A DNA stretch of 62,922 bases from Clostridiales bacterium UBA3678 (GCA_002372935.1 DFJF01000010.1:1-62922); one strand, 5' to 3'. Shown: positions 51,805 to 62,433, counted from the stretch's first letter. Numbers and translations: made by a program. Notes: generated by a model not told the origin, from the letters alone.

Positions 51805-52668
51805 TTATTTTACAAGTTCTGGATCTTTAATTTTTTCCTGTAGTCCTGTTTCTAACAATTCAGGATGTTGCAAATATTTATTTAAGATTTTAAATGAATG
51901 TGCAAAATAATATCCATCACAAATTCTTTCATCTCCAACAAAAGCAAGATTTATACAACGTTCTTCTTTAATCTCATCATCAGTAAAAACATAAGATTTT
52001 TTCTTTTTGCCGATTGCAAAAAACATACTAGTTGTTCCAAAATTATATAGATGATGGTATATAGAATCAATACCAATTGATCCAACATTTGTTATAAAAG
52101 CACTAGTATGAAATGGGCTAATATTTATTAGTGATTTTGGAAGATGACCAGTATTATCTAAATGTTTTATAAAGCCAATAGCGCATTTTAAAATAGGTAT
52201 TGGTATTTTAGCTAAAAATGAAGCAGTTTTATCTGTTCCATTTTTTACATCTAAATCTTTGTTTTCAGATATTATTTTATGTAATTTATCATGTACTTCA
52301 AATAAATTTTCTGTTCCATCAAATAAAATTTTTAAAGTAGTTTCTTCTCCTTCATCTGTTAAAGATTTTTTTATTGCAAGAGAAATTGATATTGTATTTC
52401 TTGAATAAATTCTACCATTTATTGCGAATCTATTTAAAATAGGTCTTTCATTTAAAATTCTTACAACTGCGGCAAAAATTATATCTAATATACTTAATTT
52501 TATTCCCTCTTTTGCTTTGTTTTCAATATAATTATTTATTGCGGAAATTGCTATATCTTGATTAAAAAATACTTGAGAGTCTGAACGTTCTTTCATGATC
52601 ATTGGTACAATTTTAAAGAATGCAGGAGTATTTTTTAATTCTTTTCCATCACTTCTTTTTCCAAACAT
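51805..52668 (-). CDS. Stand-alone 2-oxoacid dehydrogenase E2/CAT-fold acyltransferase-like protein
   Basis: RPILNRF, TNVGSIG, DERICDG; no lipoyl domain. Confidence 0.72.
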   Translation of the reverse strand: MFGKRSDGKELKNTPAFFKIVPMIMKERSDSQVFFNQDIAISAINNYIENKAKEGIKLSILDIIFAAVVRILNERPILNRFAINGRIYSRNTISISLAIKKSLTDEGEETTLKILFDGTENLFEVHDKLHKIISENKDLDVKNGTDKTASFLAKIPIPILKCAIGFIKHLDNTGHLPKSLINISPFHTSAFITNVGSIGIDSIYHHLYNFGTTSMFFAIGKKKKSYVFTDDEIKEERCINLAFVGDERICDGYYFAHSFKILNKYLQHPELLETGLQEKIKDPELVK

Positions 52669-52684
52669 TTTTCTTCCTCTTTTA

Positions 52685-53812
52685 CTATAATTTTGAAATA
52701 ATTTCACATATATTATTTGTTGCATTAGGTTTTGCAATTTTATATGTATTTTCTTTCATATTATTTAAAATAGAATCATCATTTAATAATATATTTAACG
52801 TAAAGTCAATATCATCATCTTTTTTTAACCATTTTGCTACTTTATTTTTTTCTAAAAATTCAGCATTTTCTTCTTCTTGACCTGGTATAGGATTAATAAT
52901 AATCATTGGTATATGAGACACCAAACTTTCTGAAACAGTAAGACCACCAGGTTTTGTAATTACTAAATCTGAAATACTCATAAACTCAGGAATTTGATTT
53001 GAATATTCAAATATTTTAACATCATTTTCTCTTGAGTTTTCTGAAACAATTTTTTCAAAATTAGATTTCATATATTCATTTTTACCTGATATGGCGATAA
53101 TTTGAGTATTTGGGTGATTTTTAACTAGGCAAGAAAATATATCTAATGTAGTTTGCTTTCCAAGTCCAAATTCTCCTCCGCCAAAAAATAAAATGATTTT
53201 TTTATTTTTATTAAATTTAAGATCATTAATAATTTTATCTCTATCAAAATTGTCTAAAAACTTTTCTGATACAGGGATTCCAGAAACTATTATTTTATTC
53301 TCAGAAATGCCTTTTTCTATTAATTCAGATCTTAATTCATTATTTGAAACGAAAAAATAATCAGTAAAATCTGCACCAACTAACCATTGGTCATGTGACT
53401 TAAAATCTGTCATTATTGTAACGATTTTGGAATTTATTTTTCCTTTTCTTTTTAAATAACTGCACATTTGACTACCAAATGGATGAGTAGATACTATTAT
53501 ATCTGGTTTTTTATCTCTTAATAATTTTAATAGTTTAATTGCCATAAAAGAATTGGCTTTTGATGAAATATGTGCAAGTGCAGGCTTTTGAGAATCATAA
53601 TACATTTTACCCCAAGCCCAAGGAGCTTTTTTTGCCATTTCTTTGTAAGCATTTGTTGTTATTTTTTCTATTGTTTTATTTATGTATTTCATACAATCTA
53701 TTAATTCAATATTCATATTTTTATAATTTTTTTCTAAATTATTTTGAATTGCTTTTGCTGCTGATAAATGTCCACCACCATATGAAGCATAGAAAATTAT
53801 TATTTTTTTCAT
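52685..53812 (-). CDS. ugtP: Diacylglycerol glycosyltransferase (UgtP/MGDG synthase family, GT28)
   Basis: GGGHLSAA, STHPF, TKPGGLT, PIPGQEEEN. Confidence 0.82.
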   Translation of the reverse strand: MKKIIIFYASYGGGHLSAAKAIQNNLEKNYKNMNIELIDCMKYINKTIEKITTNAYKEMAKKAPWAWGKMYYDSQKPALAHISSKANSFMAIKLLKLLRDKKPDIIVSTHPFGSQMCSYLKRKGKINSKIVTIMTDFKSHDQWLVGADFTDYFFVSNNELRSELIEKGISENKIIVSGIPVSEKFLDNFDRDKIINDLKFNKNKKIILFFGGGEFGLGKQTTLDIFSCLVKNHPNTQIIAISGKNEYMKSNFEKIVSENSRENDVKIFEYSNQIPEFMSISDLVITKPGGLTVSESLVSHIPMIIINPIPGQEEENAEFLEKNKVAKWLKKDDDIDFTLNILLNDDSILNNMKENTYKIAKPNATNNICEIISKL

Positions 53813-53870
53813 AAGAATTCCCTTTCTTTTTGTAATTTTGTATTATTGTATCATAAATTTATCAAATATG

Positions 53871-53899
53871 GAATATTTTTTTAATTTTTATGCAAAATA
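53871..53899 (+). promoter_or_regulatory. Sigma-G-type promoter of ypeB
   Basis: GAATA-N17-CAAAATA. Confidence 0.5.
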
Positions 53900-53931
53900 T
53901 TAGAAATGTATTATAATCAAAGGAGAGAGTC

Positions 53932-55281
53932 ATGAATAAAAAGAAAATTATTATTATAATTATTATTTTAGGGATATTATTGGGGGTAATTGGGTTTTTA
54001 GGATATAAATTATATAAGAAAAATAAAGAAAGTGTTTTAGCAAGTGAAAATTTATATAATCAATCTTTATATGAACTTGTATATTATATGGATAATGTTA
54101 AAAATTATTTAGCAAAAGCTACTATTTCAACAAGTTCTGTTAATGGTGCAGAAACACTAACATCATTATGGAGAGAAGCAAATTTAGCAGAAACATATCT
54201 TTCAATGTTACCAATTGAAAGTCAAGATTTGGAAAATACCGAAAAATTTTTAAATCAAGTTAGTGATTATAGTTTTAGTTTATCAAGAAAGAATATAGGT
54301 GGGGAGAATTTAAGTAATGATGATATAAGTACATTAGAAGAATTATATAAATACAGTATAGAATTAAATGATGCAGTACATCAAATTTCTAATGATTTAA
54401 GTGTGGGAACACTTACATGGAAAGACTTGACAAAAGATAAAGACGTAAGTTTTGCACAACAGGTAAGCTCTGATTTTAGTTTAGGAAACACTTTAGAACA
54501 AAATTTTAAAGAATATTCTGGCTTAATATATGATGGAGCATATTCTGAGCATATTTTATCAAATGAAAAAAAGGCACTCGTTGGAGATGATATAGAAGAA
54601 AATGAGGCAGAGAGTAAAGCAAAAGAATTTGTTGGTCTAGATAATATAGTAGAAACTACAAGCTTAGGATATTCAGAAAATGCTAATATTCCAGTATACA
54701 CATTTAATATAAAAAATAAAAACCAAGAAAATTTTACAATTTCAATTTCGAAAACAGGTGGATTTATTGTATATATGAATTCTGATAGGGAAATAAAAGA
54801 AGAAAAAATAAATTTAGATGAAGCAAATAAAAAAGGAAAAGAGTTTTTAAAAGAAAAAGGGTTTGATAATATGCAACAGACATATTATTTGAAAAATGAA
54901 GGGATTGTAACAATAAATTATGCATATTCACAAGATGGAGTAATAATGTATCCAGATTTAATAAAATTAAAAATTGCTTTAGATAATGGACAAGTTTTAG
55001 GAATTGAGACAACAGGTTATTTAAATAATCATACAATAAGAGATATTTCAAAAGTGAAAATAACAAAAGAACAAGCAAAAGAAAAGCTTAATAAAAATTT
55101 AGATATAGAAAGTGAGATTTTAGCTGTTATTCCAACAGATTGGAAGACAGAACTTTTGTGTTATGAGTTTAAGGGAAAAGTTGGAGACACAAATTATATT
55201 GTATATATAAACGCAGAGACTGGAAAAGAAGAAAAAATATTGGTTATTACAGATACACCTAATGGAATTTTGACTATGTAA
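53932..55281 (+). CDS. ypeB: Spore germination protein YpeB
   Basis: TEKFLNQVSDY, LIYDGAYSEH, YPDLIK, LCYEF..YINAETG.EE. Confidence 0.92.
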   Translation: MNKKKIIIIIIILGILLGVIGFLGYKLYKKNKESVLASENLYNQSLYELVYYMDNVKNYLAKATISTSSVNGAETLTSLWREANLAETYLSMLPIESQDLENTEKFLNQVSDYSFSLSRKNIGGENLSNDDISTLEELYKYSIELNDAVHQISNDLSVGTLTWKDLTKDKDVSFAQQVSSDFSLGNTLEQNFKEYSGLIYDGAYSEHILSNEKKALVGDDIEENEAESKAKEFVGLDNIVETTSLGYSENANIPVYTFNIKNKNQENFTISISKTGGFIVYMNSDREIKEEKINLDEANKKGKEFLKEKGFDNMQQTYYLKNEGIVTINYAYSQDGVIMYPDLIKLKIALDNGQVLGIETTGYLNNHTIRDISKVKITKEQAKEKLNKNLDIESEILAVIPTDWKTELLCYEFKGKVGDTNYIVYINAETGKEEKILVITDTPNGILTM

Positions 55282-55549
55282 AAGATAATATTTAAAAATT
55301 AAATATTAAGTAGATAATAAATTGCACAAGGATTTTTTGCACAATTTATTATCTGCCTAATATTTTTATTTGTGCCTTAGTATAATTATCTGTACTTTTT
55401 TTGAAACTTTATTTGAATATAAACATTTTAATAATTTTTATTTTCAGTTGCAATATTTAAATTAAAATAATATAATTTATTATAACAAAAAATGCTATGA
55501 AAACAAATAATTAAAAAAATTTATAACAAATTTATATTTCAGGAAAGGA

Positions 55550-56956
55550 ATGATGTTGAAAATGAATTTAAAAATAAAAGATATATTAAAAGCAACAAAT
55601 GGAATACTTTTATCTGGAGACCTTGAATATGAATGTGAAAATTTTTCAAAAGACACAAGAAAAATAAAAAAAGGTGATACATATTTAGCAATAAAGGGTG
55701 AAAGTTTTGACGGAAATTTATTTTGGAAAGATGCTTTAAATAATGGAGCTGATACTGTAATAATTGAAAAAGATATAGGAAAAGAAGATCTAAAAAAATA
55801 TAAAAATGAAAATATTATAAAAGTAGAAGATACAAAAAAAGCTCTAATACAAATAGCAACTGCAAAAAGAAATTTATATAAAGATTTAATCGTTGTAGGA
55901 GTAACAGGGAGTGTTGGAAAGACCAGCACAAAAGATATTATTGCAAATGTTTTGAGTCAAAAATATAATACATTAAAAACAGAAGGCAATATGAATAATG
56001 CAATAGGTTTACCATTTACTATTTTAAATTTAAGAAACCATGAGGCTTTAGTTATAGAAATGGGAATGAATCATTTTGGAGAAATTAGAGAATTGACAAA
56101 TATTGCAAAGCCAACTCTTGCAGTTATTACCAATATTGGTACATCACATATAGGAAATCTAGGATCAAGAGAAAACATATTAAATGCTAAATTGGAAATT
56201 TTAGAAGGAATGGAAAAAAAGAAAGTTATAATAAATAATGATAATGATTTATTACATAAATGGAAAAATGACAATAATAATATGGAGATATATACATTTG
56301 GAATAGAAAATAAAAGTGATTGCAATGCTTTAAAAATTACTAAAAAAGAAAACTCAAGTGAATTTATTTGCAAAATAAATGAAGAGAAATTTAATATAAA
56401 AGTTCCAGTCGGTGGAGAAGTTTTTATTTTAAATGCACTTTGTGCAAGTTTAGTTGGAAAATTATTAAATTTATCGAATAATGAAATTCAAGAAGGAATA
56501 GAAAGTTTTGAATTAACAAAAAAAAGAATGGAAATTATTAAATTAAAAAATGGAGTAACATTAATTAATGATAGCTATAACGCAAGTTTTGATTCCATGA
56601 AAGCAGGAATAGAATATTTGTCTGAAACCACAGGAAAGAGAAAAATTGCTGTTTTAGGTGACATGTTCGAACTTGGTACTTTTTCAGAAGAATTACATAG
56701 AAAAGTTGGAGCTGAAGTCGCAAAAAATAATATTGATATTTTATTTGCAATTGGAGAAAATTCAAAATATATTGTAGATGAGACTGAAAAAGATGGTATG
56801 AATAAAGAAAAAATATTTTATTTAAATGATAAAAAAGAATTATTGGAAAAAATTATACAAAATATGCAATCTGGTGATGTTATATTTTTTAAAGCATCTA
56901 ATGGAATGAGGCTATTTGAAATTGTTGACCAATTGAGAACAGAGTTTTTTAATTAA
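55550..56956 (+). CDS. murF: UDP-MurNAc-tripeptide:D-Ala-D-Ala ligase (start may be 55556 or 55562)
   Basis: GVTGSVGKTSTK, EMGMNH, NDSYNA, LGDMFELG. Confidence 0.95.
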   Translation: MMLKMNLKIKDILKATNGILLSGDLEYECENFSKDTRKIKKGDTYLAIKGESFDGNLFWKDALNNGADTVIIEKDIGKEDLKKYKNENIIKVEDTKKALIQIATAKRNLYKDLIVVGVTGSVGKTSTKDIIANVLSQKYNTLKTEGNMNNAIGLPFTILNLRNHEALVIEMGMNHFGEIRELTNIAKPTLAVITNIGTSHIGNLGSRENILNAKLEILEGMEKKKVIINNDNDLLHKWKNDNNNMEIYTFGIENKSDCNALKITKKENSSEFICKINEEKFNIKVPVGGEVFILNALCASLVGKLLNLSNNEIQEGIESFELTKKRMEIIKLKNGVTLINDSYNASFDSMKAGIEYLSETTGKRKIAVLGDMFELGTFSEELHRKVGAEVAKNNIDILFAIGENSKYIVDETEKDGMNKEKIFYLNDKKELLEKIIQNMQSGDVIFFKASNGMRLFEIVDQLRTEFFN

Positions 56957-57120
56957 TTGGACAATTGGGAACAGATATTTTCTGTTTCCTTTTGTCTTTT
57001 TTTGTCGAAATGTTTTTATTTACATAATTAAAGATATATGTTATAATATATTTATATTTTTTCAATAATTTAATTAGATTTTATTTTTAAAATTCAAAAA
57101 ATTAATTCAAAATAAAAGAG

Positions 57121-57720
57121 GTGATAAAAATAATAAATATTTATTCAAATAAAAATATAAATATTATTTCTTTAATTATATCAATAATTATTTTTTCTAT
57201 AGTTTATATTTTAATAAATAATTTTCCTAAAAATAAAAATTATAATAGTGAAAAAAATGAATTAAATTTCCAAAATATTATTAGTCAAGATAATCAAGTA
57301 AAAAATCAAGAAAATAATGTCAAAGAAATAAAAAACAATATAAATTTAAATTGGTATATAGAAATTCCAAAAATAAATTTAATTGCACCAATAGAAGAAT
57401 CAACTGAAATGAATATTTTAAATAAATATGTTGGACATTTTGAAGATACATCAACTACATATGGAAATATAGGACTTGCAGGACATAATAGAGGATATGA
57501 AAAAAATTATTTTGCAAACCTAAAAAAATTAAAAATAGGTGATGAAATAAAATATAAATATAATAATTTCGAAAAAACATATATTATAAAAATAATAAAA
57601 AAAATAGAAAATACAAATTGGGAATATCTTGAAAAAACCAAGGAAAATAAAATTACATTAATTACATGTGTTGAAAATGAGCCTGATTACAGACTTTGTA
57701 TACAAGGGGTGGAAATTTAA
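57121..57720 (+). CDS. Sortase (class D-like)
   Basis: N-terminal TM, LAGHN, TLITC, downstream Arg; 0A box at 57003; start codon uncertain. Confidence 0.85.
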   Translation: MIKIINIYSNKNINIISLIISIIIFSIVYILINNFPKNKNYNSEKNELNFQNIISQDNQVKNQENNVKEIKNNINLNWYIEIPKINLIAPIEESTEMNILNKYVGHFEDTSTTYGNIGLAGHNRGYEKNYFANLKKLKIGDEIKYKYNNFEKTYIIKIIKKIENTNWEYLEKTKENKITLITCVENEPDYRLCIQGVEI

Positions 57721-57787
57721 TTAGTATAATAATTAATAACCAGAATAAAAATGTATTAAAATTAAATAAATTTTTAGGAGGCTATTA

Positions 57788-58393
57788 ATGAAAAATAAAA
57801 AAATTATACTCTTTATTTTTATAATTTTAATAATAATTTTTGGAATAATTCTTGGGATAAAAATGATTAAAAAAACAAAAAGTGGTAATAATATAAGTAG
57901 TCAAGAAATCGTAGATAAAATTTTAAATATTAATTCTTATATAGCAAAAATTAAAGTTCAAATAAATAGTAATAAAAATAAAAATATATACATTTTAAGG
58001 CAAGAATACAACACAGAAAACGGTTTTGTGCAGGAAGTTATAGAACCATCAAATATTTCTGGAGTAAAAATAATAAGAAAGGATAATATATTAACAATAG
58101 AAAATACAGAGCTGGATTTAAAAACTATTTTTGAAAATTACAATGGATTAGAAAATAATAATCTAGATTTAATAAATTTTATAAATGAATATAAAGAAAA
58201 TGATAAATCTTTTTTTGAGGAAAAAAATAGTGAAATAATTTTAAAGACATCATCAGAAAAAGATAATATATACCAAAAAAATAAAGTATTGTACATAGAT
58301 AAAAATAATATTATTCCAACAAAATTAATAGCTCAAGATTATAACCAAAATTCGACAATAATCATAGAATATAATGAAATAGAATTAAATTAA
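57788..58393 (+). CDS. LolA-fold / GerS-like germination protein
   Basis: N-terminal anchor, SY.AKI...SNKNKNIY..Q, EVIEP.NISG; upstream of ndoA. Confidence 0.6.
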   Translation: MKNKKIILFIFIILIIIFGIILGIKMIKKTKSGNNISSQEIVDKILNINSYIAKIKVQINSNKNKNIYILRQEYNTENGFVQEVIEPSNISGVKIIRKDNILTIENTELDLKTIFENYNGLENNNLDLINFINEYKENDKSFFEEKNSEIILKTSSEKDNIYQKNKVLYIDKNNIIPTKLIAQDYNQNSTIIIEYNEIELN

Positions 58394-58452
58394 AATTCTA
58401 TATTTACGAAAATACAGACTTATAAATTATGCTAATATTGGGAGTGAATATT

Positions 58453-58803
58453 ATGACAATTAAAAGAGGAGATATGTTTTATGCAGATTTAAGTCCTGTA
58501 ATAGGCTCAGAACAAGGAGGAATTAGACCTGTTGTAATTATACAAAATGATTTAGGAAATAAATATAGTCCAACAGTAATAGCAGCAGCTATTACATCAC
58601 AAACAAATAAGGCAAATCTTCCTACACATATAAAGATAAATAGTAATCCAGAAGGACTAAAGAATAATTCGGTTATATTAACTGAACAAATTAGAACAAT
58701 AGATAAAAGTAGATTAAAAGAAAAGATTGGTCATATAGATGACGAAATAATTATGAATCAAATAAATAATGCATTAGGTGTAAGCTTTGGATTAGGGGAA
58801 TAA
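58453..58803 (+). CDS. ndoA: MazF/PemK (EndoA) endoribonuclease toxin
   Basis: [36 protein letters not shown]. Confidence 0.93.
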   Translation: MTIKRGDMFYADLSPVIGSEQGGIRPVVIIQNDLGNKYSPTVIAAAITSQTNKANLPTHIKINSNPEGLKNNSVILTEQIRTIDKSRLKEKIGHIDDEIIMNQINNALGVSFGLGE

Positions 58804-58839
58804 TAAAAAACTGCCAGGAATATTATGTGGCAGTTTTAT

Positions 58840-59787
58840 TTAAACTTTAAGTTTTTTTATTTTTTTAATTTCTTCGCGTAAATTATCTATTTGTGATTTA
58901 CGAGTTTCATAAGCTTTTTGATATTGATCTTTTAATTCAAGGAAATTATTTATATTTTCATTTTTTTCTAAATACAAATTCATATATTGATAAAAATAGT
59001 CTTGTTTATTTTGAGATTTTGATGCTTTCATTTTATTATAATATTTTTCTGCAGTTCCTAATCTCTTAACAGCATCTTTTAAAGATTCCAAATATTCTTC
59101 TGTACAGAAAATTTCATAATTAATATCATCTATAACTACTTTTATTAATGTTCTAACAATAATTGGGTTATCTTTACCATATTTTACATTGTTAACCATT
59201 TCGTTTAATGAATCAGACTTATTTATTTCATGGTGATTATGTGTATTTTCAATAATTATTTTAATTGTATCTGATATTCCAATATGTGATTTGTATTGTC
59301 TTTTACTAACTATTGCATCATACTCATCTGCAACTCTAATAATTTGACCTTCATAAGGTATGTCTTTTTTTATTAATTGATGAGGATAACCAGTTCCATC
59401 TAATGCTTCATGATGATATAAAGGACCTGCTGCATATGGACGTAATTTCTCATCTTTCATACACATCTCATATCCAATAGTTGTATGAGTTTTCATAATT
59501 TCAAATTCCTCATCTGTAAGTTTAGATGGCTTTTGTAAAATCGCAGAAGGAATAAATAATTTTCCAATATCATGCATATAAGCACATATAGTGCAATATT
59601 CTGTAAATCCTTTAGAACAGTGCAAATATTCACATAATCTGCAAGTAATAGCAGCAACATTTTCACAATGAGTTCTAGTAAAAACATCTAATTGGCTTAG
59701 TGCATCTAATTGATCTTGCATTCTTTTATCTAAATTGTACGATTTTAATGATGTTCTGTCATAAAAATCAAAAATTTCTTTTCTCAT
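58840..59787 (-). CDS. HD-GYP domain phosphodiesterase-like protein
   Basis: HDIGK, HTTIG, HHEALDGTGYP, VADEYDA. Confidence 0.85.
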   Translation of the reverse strand: MRKEIFDFYDRTSLKSYNLDKRMQDQLDALSQLDVFTRTHCENVAAITCRLCEYLHCSKGFTEYCTICAYMHDIGKLFIPSAILQKPSKLTDEEFEIMKTHTTIGYEMCMKDEKLRPYAAGPLYHHEALDGTGYPHQLIKKDIPYEGQIIRVADEYDAIVSKRQYKSHIGISDTIKIIIENTHNHHEINKSDSLNEMVNNVKYGKDNPIIVRTLIKVVIDDINYEIFCTEEYLESLKDAVKRLGTAEKYYNKMKASKSQNKQDYFYQYMNLYLEKNENINNFLELKDQYQKAYETRKSQIDNLREEIKKIKKLKV

Positions 59788-60126
59788 CTAAAGTATCTCT
59801 CCTTTAATTTTTCCTAAATAAATTATACTATAAACGAAAATTTAATGCAATAAAAATAAACGAAAAAGATAGAAAAAATTTTTCTCGTTGTTACATACTT
59901 TAGAGCTTTAAATTGCAAGTTTAAGTGTAAGAGTTATTTGAATCTAAAGTAGCAAGTGTAGCTAAAGTATTTCCGTAATTGAACAAAAAATGCAGATGAT
60001 GATACATTTACCAACCTTCTGTCTCAAATCTTTTTAAAAATATTGAATATAATCTATTATTATGATACACTTGTACCATAAGTGTAAATAAAAAATTAAA
60101 GTTTGTTAATACATGGAGGAAATAAG

Positions 60127-60894
60127 ATGATTTATAGTGAGGTTTATAACATTCAATTAAAAGATATAGAAAAAGAAAAATATATTAAAGATAGAGGAAT
60201 ATTAGAAATATTTGAAAATGTAGCAACACATCATTCTGATATAGTTGGTTTTGGAGTAAATGATATTGAAACAACAAAAACAACTTGGATATTGATGGAC
60301 TGGAAAGTACAAGTTATAAAAAGACCAAAATATGGTGAAAAATTAAAAGTTGATACTTGGGTAAGAACAATAAATGGAAGTCGTAAAAAGATATATACTT
60401 ATAGGGATTTTGAAATGTATGATGAGAAAAATAATTTATCTGTTATTGGAACTTCAAAATGGGTATTAATAGATATAAAGACGGGAAAAATTACTACAAT
60501 AGCAGATGAAATCTTTGAAAGATATAAACCAGAGAATAAGAGTATTTTTGGAGAACAAGAGCTAGAAAAAATTAAAATACCTGAAAGTTATAGTGATGAA
60601 ATATCTTATCAAGTTACAAGAAGAGATGTTGATTTTAATAATCACATGCATAATTTATATTATTTAGATTTAGCATATAATGCTTTACCAAATGAAGTAT
60701 ATGATAAAAGACCATTTGATAATTTTAGAATTTGTTATAAAAGAGAAACAAAGTTGGATGATGTGCTTAAATGTAAATATTCATTTGTTGATGGAGAACA
60801 TATAATTAGTATTTTTAATGAAGATAATAGTAAATTACATAGTATTATAAAAATAAAGGAGACTAACTATATGAATGTCAATAGTTTATTGTAA
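60127..60894 (+). CDS. Acyl-ACP thioesterase (last 8 codons supplied by the IS110 end)
   Basis: YRDF, SKWVLID, DVDFNNHMHNL.Y. Confidence 0.88.
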   Translation: MIYSEVYNIQLKDIEKEKYIKDRGILEIFENVATHHSDIVGFGVNDIETTKTTWILMDWKVQVIKRPKYGEKLKVDTWVRTINGSRKKIYTYRDFEMYDEKNNLSVIGTSKWVLIDIKTGKITTIADEIFERYKPENKSIFGEQELEKIKIPESYSDEISYQVTRRDVDFNNHMHNLYYLDLAYNALPNEVYDKRPFDNFRICYKRETKLDDVLKCKYSFVDGEHIISIFNEDNSKLHSIIKIKETNYMNVNSLL

Positions 60895-60980
60895 AAAAAT
60901 TTTAAAATTTTTTAGATAAATTATTGCATGACAAATAAGCATTTCGAAAAATGCTTTTAAAAACTATGCGATTATTGATA

Positions 60981-62159
60981 TTAAGCCACTTTGCTAGCTT
61001 GATATACATTATTTGTTTTTAATAAATAATAAATGACTCGAACCAACTTCTTTGTTACATGTCCCATTGTAACCATATAATGCTTGCCTTCAGCCATTTT
61101 TCTATCTTTAAAAGCACAAAAGGTAGCATCATTTAAACAAACCATTCTAGCAGCAGTCATCAAAGCAAAACGAAGATATTTAGAACCACGTTTTACCATT
61201 ACTGAATGAGTAGAAAAGAATTTACCAGACTGATACATTGATGGATCAAGTCCAGCAAAAGCTAGTAATTTAGCAGGAGAATCAAATCTAGAAATATCTC
61301 CAATTTCAGCTAAAATAGAGCCAGCAGTTTTAAAAGAAATTCCAGGTATTGTTAGTATTGGAGAATTAATCTCTTTTAAAATTTCTTTTATTCTTTTCTC
61401 AACATCATCAAGTTGCTCTTGTATAAACTGAATAATACTAATTGTCTGTTTTAACTCAAATGAAACAGAGTTGCTATTTAAACCAATGGATTTTCTAGCT
61501 AAATCTCTAATTTGAAGTGCTTTTTCTCTGTCAAACTTTTTATTTGAATTATCAGATAAAAGATGAGTTAAATGTGTAAGATTACATTCAGCTATATCTT
61601 TAGCACTTGGTAATTCATAAAGTAAAGCTAAACAAGACTTTTGAGCAACAGAAGAAACAATTTTTGGAAGTTCAGGAAAAACAATATCTACAAGTCTTAC
61701 AAGAGAAGTTTTAAATTTAGAGTTTTCCTTAGCTAAACGAAATCTGTGTCTAGTTAGTGACTTTAATTCAGAAATATGATATGATACTGGTATGTAGGGT
61801 TTTAAGTTATCTGAAACAAGCATTGTAGCAATAACATGTGCATCTAACTTATCTGTTTAAGTCTTTCTAAGGCTTTGACCTTTTACGTAAAGATTAGTTT
61901 GTAATGGATTAATAAGATAGATATTAAATCCTTTTTCGGTCAGAAAGTTTAGAATATTATTACTATAATGACCAGTGGCTTCAAGCCCTACTTTTATATT
62001 GTCTAATGAATCAGAAAAATTCATTAAAGAATTGTAGAGAGTTTCAAAACCATCTAAATTGTTTGTTATGGTTAATTTTTCAATTAATATTTCGCCATCA
62101 GAATTCATAGCAAAACAATCATGTTTATCTTTTGCAACATCGATTCCAACATAAATCAT
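60981..62159 (-). pseudogene. IS110 DEDD recombinase interrupted by an in-frame TAA at 61857-61859
   Basis: GIDVAK, EATG, RKT*TDKLDA (normally KTKTD..DA), AGLDP..QSG; both ORFs are in the same frame. Confidence 0.9.
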
Positions 62160-62164
62160 AATAA

Positions 62165-62348
62165 AAACTCCTTTACAAAATATTTAGACAATGTGATCCA
62201 CGAAATGCTTGTCGAAAGTAAACTCGTTCAATATTAAACGTCAAGCGTTATCTAACTAATTAACAATTAAACAAACATCTGTGGTTAGAGTCTATTAATA
62301 TAATCGTCAAAGCGATAGTAATTTGCACTAATCCACAGTGTCTATGTA
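62165..62348 (-). ncRNA. Putative IS110 bridge RNA
   Basis: About 185-nt non-coding left end with two stem/internal-loop/stem units capped by near-identical CG-CTT(T)GA-CG hairpins. Confidence 0.55.
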
Positions 62349-62433
62349 GATATTATACAATGAAATTAAGAATAAAAAAATGTATAATGGACTACATGTT
62401 CATTATACGAGTAATTTGGAAAGGAGGGAGCTT

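Larger units (their letters stand above)
60865..62365 (-). mobile_element. IS110-family insertion sequence
   Basis: AA/TT core at 60865-66 and 62364-65; excision restores the host stop codon; circle junction gives TTGACA-N17-TATAAT. Confidence 0.82.

Noticed and set aside
55310-55360. Long palindrome after ypeB
   Set aside because: Best explained as an ordinary intrinsic terminator.
61823-61860. Programmed frameshift in the IS110 gene
   Set aside because: Both ORFs are in the same frame; it is a simple in-frame stop.
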